Below, piece after piece: positions 54,738 to 64,000 of a stretch of 64,000 nucleotides of DNA (positions are counted from its first letter, which is position 1; each line of letters starts with the position of its first letter). Source of the DNA: the human T2T-CHM13v2.0 reference genome, Homo sapiens; assembly GCF_009914755.1 (NCBI RefSeq), contig NC_060948.1. One strand, written 5' to 3'. The notes below the pieces were generated by a model. That model worked only from the letters and a program-made list of their open reading frames with translations. It did no database searches and had not been told where the DNA came from. The position numbers were made by a program, and so were the translations under genes.

Positions 54738-57700
54738 CCTGGAATAAAGTGGAATGCTACGGTCTCGAATGGAATAAAAATGTATGGAATGGAATGCAAT
54801 GAAACGGAATCGAATGTCATAGAATGTAATGGAATGCAAAAAAATGGAATCCAAAATCATTGACTGGAAAGGCTGGGTGTCGAAAGGAATTGACTCCAAT
54901 GGAATGGAATCGAATGGAATGGAAGTGAATAGAATCGAACTAAATCGAATGGAATGGAATTGATAGGAACGGAATGGAAAGGAATGCAATGATTTGGCAT
55001 GGAATGGAATCGAATGGCATCGAATGGAATGGAATGGAATGCAATGCAATGGAATGTATTAGAATGTAATGAACTTTAATGGAATGTACTCGAATGGATT
55101 CGACTGGAATGGAATGTTCTGGAAGTGAATGGACTCCAATGGAATGGATTCAAAAGGAATGGAATCGTACGGAATGGAATCTAATGGAATGGAATTAAAT
55201 GGAAATGAATCAAATTGAATAGCACGGAATTGAATTGAATGGAATCGAATGCAATGGAATCTAATGAAACGGAAAGGAAAGGAATGCAATGGAATGGAAT
55301 GGGATGGAATGGAAAGGAATCGAAACGAATGGAATGGAATCGAACTGAAGAGACTGGAATGGAATGCACTGGAATGGAAGGGAGTGTAATGGAAGTTTCT
55401 CGAAAAAAATGGAATCGAATGGAATGGAATTGAATGGAACGGAATAGAGTGGAATGGAATTGAATGGAATGGAATGGACTAGAGTGAAATGGAATCGAAC
55501 CACAAGGAATGGACAGGAATAGAATGGTCTCGAATTGAATGGAATCGTATGGAATGGCATCAAACGGAATGGAATGGACAGCCACGGAATGGAATGCACT
55601 CGAATGCAATGGAGTCGAAACTAATGGACTGGAATAGAATGGACTCGACTGGTACGGACTCCAATGGAATGGAATCGAGTGGAAGGGAATCGAACGGAAT
55701 GGACTCGAAGGGAAAAGACTGCAATGGAAAGGTCTCGAATGGAATGGAAATTAATGGAATGGAATGGAATCGAATGAAATGGAGTCAAAAGAAATGGAAT
55801 CGAATGGCAAGAAATCGAATGTAATGGAATCGCAAGGAATTGATGTGAACGGAACGGAATGGAATGGAATCCAAAGGAATGGAATAGAATGGAATGGAAT
55901 CGAATGGAAAGGACTCGAATGGAAATCACTCGAATAGAATGCAATTTAATAAAATAGGGTCAAATGTAATGGAATGGAATGGAAAGGAATCGAAACGAAA
56001 GGAATGGAGACAGATGGAATGGAATGGGTCAGAGAGCAATGGTATAGAATGGAATGGAATCATCTGGAATGGAATTGAATGGAATGGAATAATATGAAAT
56101 GGAATGGAATGGAATGGAATGGAATGGAATGCCCTTGAATTAAATGGACTGGACTCGAACAGAGTGGAATGGAAAGTGTTGAGATAGAATGGAATGGACT
56201 CCTTTGGAATGGTCTAGTATGCAATGCAATCGACTGGCAGGGAATCAAAAGGAATGTAATGGAATGGATTGGACTGGAATGCAATGGACTCGAATAGATT
56301 GGAAACGGAATGCAAAGGAATGGAATGGAATAGTATGGAATGGAATGGAAAGGAATGGAGTGGAATAGACTAGAGTGGAATGGAATGGACTGGAAAGCAA
56401 TGGACTGGAATGGAACTTTCTTGAATGGACTGGAATCAAACGGAATGGAACGCAATGCAATCAAATGGCATGGAATAAAATAGAATGAAAGAGAATCAAA
56501 TGGAATTGAATCGAATGGAATCGAATGGATTGGAAAGGAATAGAATGGAATGGAATGGAATTGACTCAAATGGAATGGACTAGAATGGAATGGATTCGAA
56601 TGGAAGGCAAAGGAATGGAATCTATTGGAATGGACTGTAATGGAATGGAATGGAAGGGATTGGAATGGACTCGAATGGAATGGACTGCAATAGAAAGGAT
56701 TCGAATGGAATGAAAAAGAATTGAATGGAATAGAACAAAATGGAATCAAATCGAATGAAATGGAATGGAATAGAAAGGAATGGAATGAAATGGAATGGAA
56801 AGGATTCGAATGGAATGCAATCGAATGGAATGGAATCGAACGGAATGGAATAAAATGGAAGAAAACTGGCAAGAAATGGAATCGAAATGAATGGAGTGTT
56901 ATGGAACGGACTCAAAAGGAATTGAATGTAATAGAATGGAGTGGAGTGGACTCGAATATAATGGACTGGAATGGAATGAAATCACATGGAATGGGAACGA
57001 ATGGAATGGAATGGAAAGGAATGGAATCGAATGGAAAGGAATCGAATGGAAGGGAATGAAATTGAATCAACAGGAATGAAAGGGAATAGAATAGACGGTA
57101 ATGGAATGGACTCGAATAGAATGGACACGAATGCTCAAATTGAATGGACTCGAATGGAATGGAAACGAAAGGAATGTCATCGAATGGAATTGAATCGATT
57201 GGAATGAAATCGCATAGAATGGAGTGGAATCAAATGGAATTGAATCGAAAGGAAAGGAAGCGAATGGACTGAAATGAAATGGAATGGAATTGAATGGAAA
57301 GTAATGCAATGGAATAGAATGGAACGAAATTTCACGGAATGGAATCAAACTGAATGGAATCAAATCAATGGAATCAAATCAAATGGAATGGAAAGGAATT
57401 GAATGGAGTAGATTGGATTGGATGGGATTGGAATGAAATGTACTGGAAAGGACTCGAATTTCATGAAACGGAATGGAATGAATTGGAACGGAATGGACTC
57501 GAATGGAATGGAATGTCATGGAATGGCATCAAATGGAATGGCATCAAATGGAATGGAATCGAATGCAATGGAATGCTATGGAATGGAATGGAATGCATTG
57601 GAATGGAATGTCCTCTAATGGAATGGATTCGAGTGGAATGGAATCGAATATAATGGAGTCGAATGAAATGGAATTGAAAGGAATGGGATCGAATACAATG

Positions 57701-58291
57701 GAATATACTGGAATGTAATGTAATGAACTCGAATGTAATTGACTGGAATGGAATGTACATGAATGGAATGTAATCGAATGGAAAGTAATCCAATGGAATA
57801 GAATCTAATGCAATAAAATCGACTCAGATAGAGTAGAATGTAATGGAATGGAGTGCAGTGCAATGGAATGGAATGGAATGGAATGCAATGGAATGGAATG
57901 GAATGGAATGGAATGCAATGGAATGGGATGGAATGGTATGGAATGGATAGTAATGGACTGGAGTGAAATGGACTGGAAAGGAATGGACTCAAATTGAAAG
58001 GGCTCGAAAGGAATGGAGTCAAATGGAATGGTCTGGAATGGAATGAACACGAATGTAATGCAATCCAATAGAATGGAATCGAATGGCATGGAATATAAAG
58101 AAATGGAATCGAAGAGAATGGAAACAAATGGAATGGAATTGAATGGAATGGAATTGAATGGAATGGGAATGAATGGAGTGAAATTGTATGCAGTAGAAGG
58201 GAATAGAATGGAATGCAAGCGAAAGGAAAGGAATGGATTGGAATGGAATGGAATTCATTGGAATGGAAGGGAATGTAGTGTAATGGACAGG
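54738..58291 (-). repeat. DYZ1: DYZ1 monomer, 3554 bp
   Basis: GGCC at 54736 and 58290. Confidence 0.92.
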
Positions 58292-61200
58292 CCTGGAATA
58301 AAGTGGAATGCTACGGTCTCGAATGGAATAAAAATGTATGGAATGGAATGCAATGAAACGGAATCGAATGTCATAGAATGTAATGGAAAGCAAAAAAATG
58401 GAATCCAAAATCATTGACTGGAAAGGCTGGGTGTCGAAAGGAATTGACTCCAATGGAATGGAATCGAATGGAATGGAAGTGAATAGAATCGAACTAAATC
58501 GAATGGAATGGAATTGATAGGAACGGAATGGAAAGGAATGCAATGATTTGGCATGGAATGGAATCGAATGGCATCGAATGGAATGGAATGGAATGCAATG
58601 GAATGGAATGTATTACAATGTAATGAACTTTAATGGAATGTACTCGAATGGATTCGACTGGAATGGAATGTTCTGGAAGTGAATGGACTCCAATGGAATG
58701 GATTCAAAAGGAATGGAATCGTACGGAATGGAATCTAATGGAATGGAAATAAATGGAAATGAATCAAATTGAATAGCACGGAATTGAATTGAATGGAATG
58801 GAATGCAATGGAATCTAATGAAACGGAAAGGAAAGGAATGGAATGGAATGGAATGGACTGGAATGGAAAGGAATCGAAACGAATGGAATGGAATCGAACT
58901 GAAGAGACTGGAATGGAATGCACTGGAATGGAAGGGAGTGTAATGGAAGGTTCTCGAAAAAAATGGAATCGAATGGAATGGAATTGAATGGAACGGAATA
59001 GAGTCGAATGGAATTGAATGGAATGGAATGGACTAGAGTGAAATGGAATCGAACCACAAGGAATGGACAGGAATAGAATGGTCTCGAATTGAATGGAATC
59101 GTATGGAATGGCATCAAACGGAATGGAATGGACAGCCACGGAATGGAATGCACTCGAATGCAATGGAGTCGAAACTAATGGACTGGAATAGAATGGACTC
59201 GACTGGTACGGACTCCAATGGAATGGAATCGAATGGAAGGGAATCGAACGGAATGGACTCGAAGGGAAAAGACTGCAATGGAAAGGTCTCGAATGGAATG
59301 GAAATTAATGGGATGGAATGGAATCGAATGAAATGGAGTCAAAAGGAATGGAATCGAATGGCAAGAAATCGAATGTAATGGAATCGCAAGGAATTGATGT
59401 GAACGGAACGGAATGGAATGGAATCCAAAGGAATGGAATAGAATGGAATGGAATCGAATGGAAAGGACTCGAATGGAAATCACTCGAATAGAATGCAATT
59501 TAATAAAATAGGATCAAATGTAATAGAATGGAATGGAAAGGAATCGAAACGGAAGGAATGGAGACAGATGGAATGGAATGGAACAGAGAGCAATGGTATA
59601 GAATGGAATGGAATAATATGAAATGGAATGGAATGGAATGCCCTTGAATTAAATGGACTGGACTCGAACAGAGTGGAATGGAAAGTGTTGAGATAGAATG
59701 GAATGGACTCCTTTGGAATGGTGTAGTATGCAATGCAATCGACTGGCAGGGAATCAAAAGGAATGTAATCGAATGGATTGGACTGGAATGCAATGGACTC
59801 GAATAGATTGGAAACGGAATGCAAAGGAATGGAATGGAATAGTATGGAATGGAATGGAAAGGAATGGAGTGGAATAGACTAGAGTGGAATGGAATGGACT
59901 GGAAAGCAATGGACTGGAATGGAACTTTCTTGGATGGATTGGAATCAAACGGAATGGAATGCAATGCAATCAAATGGCATGGAATAAAATAGAATGAAAG
60001 AGAATCAAATGGAATTGAATCGAATGGAATCGAATGGATTGGAAAGGAATAGAATGGAATGGAATGGAATTGACTCAAATGGAATGGACTAGAATGGAAT
60101 GGATTCGAATGGAAGGCAAAGGAATGGAATCTATTGGAATGGACTGTAATGGAATGGAATGGAAGGGATTGGAATGGACTCGAATGGAATGGACTGCAAT
60201 AGAAAGGATTCGAATGGAATGAAAAAGAATTGAATGGAATAGAACAGAATGGAATCAAATCGAATGAAATGGAATGGAATAGAAAGGAATGGAATGAAAT
60301 GGAATGGAAAGGATTCGAATGGAATGCAATCGAATGGAATGGAATAAAATGGAAGAAAACTGGCAAGAAATGGAATCGAAATGAATGGAGTGTTATGGAA
60401 CGGACTCAAAAGGAATTGAATGTAATAGAATGGAGTGGAGTGGACTCGAATATAATGGACTGGAATGGAATGAAATCACATGGAATGGGAACGAATGGAA
60501 TGGAATGGAAAGGAATGGAATCGAATGGAAAGGAATCGAATGGAAGGGAATGAAATTGAATCAACACGAATGGAAGGGAATAGAATAGACTGTAATGGAA
60601 TGGACTCGAATAGAATGGACACGAATGCTCAAATTAAATGGACTCGAATGGAATGGAAACGAAAGGAATGTCATCGAATGGAATTGAATCGATTGGAATG
60701 AAATCGCATAGAATGCAGTGGAATCAAATGGAATTGAATCGAAAGGAAACAAGCGAATGGACTGAAATGAAATGGAATGGAATTGAATGGAAAGTAATGC
60801 AATGGAATAGAATGGAACGAAATTTCACGGAATGGAATCAAACTGAATGGAATCAAATCAATGGAATCAAATCAAATGGAATGGAAAGGAATTGAATGGA
60901 GTAGATGGGATTGGATGGGATTGGAATGAAATGTACTGGAAAGGACTCGAATTTCATGAAACGGAATGGAATGAATTGGAACGGAATGGACTCGAATGGA
61001 ATGGAATGTCATGGGATGGCATCAAATGGAATGGCATCAAATGGAATGGAATCGAATGCAATGGAATGCTATGGAATGGAATGGAATGCATTGGAATGGA
61101 ATGTCCTCTAATGGAATGGATTCGAGTGGAATGGAATTGAATATAATGGAGTCGAATGAAATGGAATTGAAAGGAATGGGATCGAATACAATGGAATATA

Positions 61201-61799
61201 CTGGAATGTAACGTAATGAACTCGAATGTAATTGACTGGAATGGAATGTATATGAATGGAATGTAATCGAATGGAAAGTAATCCAATGGAATAGAATCTA
61301 ATGCAATAAAATCGACTCAGATAGAGTAGAATGTAATGGAATGGAGTGCAGTGCAATGGAATGGAATGGAATGGAATGCAATGGAATGGAATGGAATGGA
61401 ATGCAATGGAATGGAATGGAATGGAATGGAATGTGATGGAATGGTATGGAATGGATAGTAATGGACTGGAGTGAAATGGACTGGAAAGGAATGGACTCAA
61501 ATTGAAAGGGCTCGAAAGGAATGGAGTCAAATGGAATGGTCTGGAATGGAATGAACACGAATGTAATGCAACCCAATAGAATGGAATCGAATGGCATGGA
61601 ATATAAAGAAATGGAATCGAAGAGAATGGAAACAAATGGAATGGAATTGAATGGAATGGAATTGAATGGAATGGGAAGGAATGGAGTGAAATTGTATGCA
61701 GTAGAAGAGAATAGAATGGAATGCAAGCAAAAGGAAAGGAATGGATTGCAATGGAATGGAATTCATTGGAATGGAAAGGAATGTAGTGTAATGGACAGG
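58292..61799 (-). repeat. DYZ1: DYZ1 monomer, 3508 bp
   Basis: GGCC at 58290 and 61798. Confidence 0.92.
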
Positions 61800-64000
61800 C
61801 CTGGAATAAATTGGAATGCTACGGTCTCGAATGGAATAAAAATGTATGGAATGGAATGCAATGAAACGGAATCGAATGTCATAGAATGTAATGGAATGCA
61901 AAAAAATGGAATCCAAAATCATTGACTGGAAAGGCTGGGTGTCGAAAGGAATTGACTCCAATGGAATGGAATCGAATGGAATGGAAGTGAATAGAATCGA
62001 ACTAAATCGAATGGAATGGAATTGATAGGAACGGAATGGAAAGGAATGCAATGATTTGGCATGGAATGGAATCGAATGGCATCGAATGGAATGGAATGGA
62101 ATGCAATGGAATGGAATGTATTAGAATGTAATGAACTTTAATGGAATGTACTCGAATGGATTCGACTGGAATGGAATGTTCTGGAAGTGAATGGACTCCA
62201 ATGGAATGGATTCAAAAGGAATGGAATCGTACGGAATGGAATCTAATGGAATGGAATTAAATGGAAATGAATCAAATTGAATAGCACGGAATTGAATTGA
62301 ATGGAATGGAATGCAATGGAATCTAATGAAACGGAAAGGAAAGGAATGGAATGGAATGGAATGGACTGGAATGGAAAGGAATCGAAACGAATGGAATGGA
62401 ATCGAACTGAAGAGACTGGAATGGAATGCACTGGAATGGAAGGGAGTGTAATGGAAGGTTCTCGAAAAAAATGGAATCGAATGGAATGGAATTGAATGGA
62501 ACGGAATAGAGTCGAATGGAATTGAATGGAATGGAATGGACTAGAGTGAAATGGAATCGAACCACAAGGAATGGACAGGAATAGAATGGTCTCGAATTGA
62601 ATGGAATCGTATGGAATGGCATCAAACGGAATGGAATGGACAGCCACGGAATGGAATGCACTCGAATGCAATGGAGTCGAAACTAATGGACTGGAATAGA
62701 ATGGACTCGACTGGTACGGACTCCAATGGAATGGAATCGAATGGAAGGGAATCGAACGGAAGGGAATCGAATGGAATGGACTCGAAGGGAAAAGACTGCA
62801 ATGGAAAGGTCTCGAATGGAATGGAAATTAATGGAATGGAATGGAATCGAATGAAATGGAGTCAAAAGGAATGGAATCGAATGGCAAGAAATCGAATGTA
62901 ATGGAATCGCAAGGAATTGATGTGAACGGAACGGAATGGAATGGAATCCAAAGGAATGGAATAGAATGGAATGGAATCGAATGGAAAGGACTCGAATGGA
63001 AATCACTCGAATAGAATGCAATTTAATAAAATAGGATCAAATGTAATGGAATGGAATGGAAAGGAATCGAAACGAAAGGAATGGAGACAGATGGAATGGA
63101 ATGGAAAAGAGAGCAATGGTATAGAATGGAATGGAATCATCTGGAATGGAATTGAATGGAATGGAATGGAATGCCCTTGAATTAAATGGACTGGAATGGA
63201 ATGGACTCAAACAGAGAGGAATGGAAAGTGTTGAGATAGAATGGAATGAACTCCTTTGGAATGGTCTAGTAGGCAATGCAATCGACTGGCAGGGAATCAA
63301 AAGGAATGTAATCGAATGGATTGGACTGGAATGCAATGGACTCGAATAGATTGGAAACGGAATGCAAAGGAATGGAATGGAATAGTATGGAATGGAATGG
63401 AAAGGAATGGAGTGGAATAGACTAGAGTGGAATGGAATGGACTGGAAAGCAATGGACTGGAATGGAACTTTCTTGAATGGACTGGAATCAAACGGAATGG
63501 AATGCAATGCAATCAAATGGCATGGAATAAAATAGAATGAAAGAGAATCAAATGGAATTGAATCGAATGGAATCGAATGGATTGGAAAGGAATAGAATGG
63601 AATGGAATGGAATTGACTCAAATGGAATGGACTAGAATGGAATGGATTCGAATGGAAGGCAAAGGAATGGAATCTATTGGAATGGACTGAAATGGAATGG
63701 AATGGAAGGGATTGGAATGGACTCGAATGGAATGGACTGCAATAGAAAGGATTCGAATGGAATGAAAAAGAATTGAATGGAATAGAACAGAATGGAATCA
63801 AATCGAATGAAATGGAACGGAATAGAAAGGAATGGAATGAAATGGAATGAAAAGGATTCCAATGCAATGCAATCGAATGGATTGGAATCGAACGGAATGG
63901 AATAAAATGGAAGAAAACTGGCAATAAATGGAATCGAAATGAATGGAGTGTTATGGAACGGACTCAAAAGGAATTGAATGTAATAGAATGGAGTGGAGTG
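61800..64000 (-). repeat. DYZ1: Partial DYZ1 monomer (last HaeIII cut to window end)
   Basis: GGCC at 61798; the array runs off the window end. Confidence 0.9.

Larger units (their letters stand above)
1..64000. repeat. DYZ1: Human satellite III (HSat3) array, DYZ1-type ~3.55 kb tandem repeat (Yq12 heterochromatin); G-rich (GGAAT)n strand on +
   Basis: The whole window is diverged GGAAT/CGAAT/GGACT pentamers. Unique landmarks (GAAGAAAACTGGCAA, GGACAGGCCTGG, GGCTGGGTGTCG, CAGCCACGG, GAGACAG) recur every ~3.5 kb in the same order and orientation. There is one HaeIII and one EcoRI site per unit. The reverse complement from the HaeIII site reads CCTGTCCATTACACTACATTCCCTTCCATTCCAATGAATTCC, which I recognise from memory as the start of the classical 3564-bp DYZ1 clone (not searched). 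Confidence 0.96.

Noticed and set aside
19-63967. Several hundred ORFs of 61-313 aa (MEWNG-type on +, IPFHS-type on -), e.g. 31251-32192, 34770-35711, 39973-40890
   Set aside because: They are direct translations of (GGAAT)n/(ATTCC)n, which have no stop codon in any frame. They overlap in multiple frames, recur with each monomer, change length with single indels and resemble no protein family.
1-64000. CRISPR array or other prokaryotic repeat-spacer system
   Set aside because: There are no unique spacers, leader or cas genes. The sequence between landmarks is itself repeated at near identity.
1-64000. DYZ2/HSat1B blocks, Alu or L1 insertions, or inversions
   Set aside because: I saw no AT-rich block, Alu-like or poly(A) sequence, and no switch to the CATTC strand anywhere in the window.
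1-64000. HSat2 or autosomal HSat3 (e.g. 9q12) assignment
   Set aside because: The HSat2-type CATTCGATTC/GATGATT pattern does not dominate. The ~3.55 kb unit with single HaeIII and EcoRI sites fits DYZ1. Chromosome origin is inferred from recognition, not from a search.

Overview
The whole 64 kb window is one uninterrupted, single-orientation array of human satellite III (HSat3) built on diverged (GGAAT)n pentamers. It is organised into ~3.5 kb monomers, each with one HaeIII/StuI site (AGGCCT) and one EcoRI site. This matches DYZ1, the Y-specific 3.4-3.6 kb repeat of Yq12 heterochromatin, read here on its G-rich strand. I count 18 HaeIII sites, giving 17 complete monomers of 3508-3589 bp (mean about 3540) plus two partial ones. 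I see no genes, RNA genes, transposons, DYZ2/Alu segments or inversions, and all listed ORFs are translation artefacts of the pentamer. I find no support for a new coding system. The informative signal is structural. (1) Each monomer has up to three perfect heat-shock elements (nGAAnnTTCnnGAAn), 46 in total, and one of them is lost in a haplotype-linked way. (2) Shared variants reveal nested recent duplications at 1-, 2-, 4-, 6-, 14- and 16-monomer offsets. (3) There are chimeric monomers and candidate gene-conversion patches. (4) A hypervariable pure-pentamer tract and 15/30-bp indels account for most length variation. All comparisons were made by eye and from offsets in the ORF track, not by alignment.
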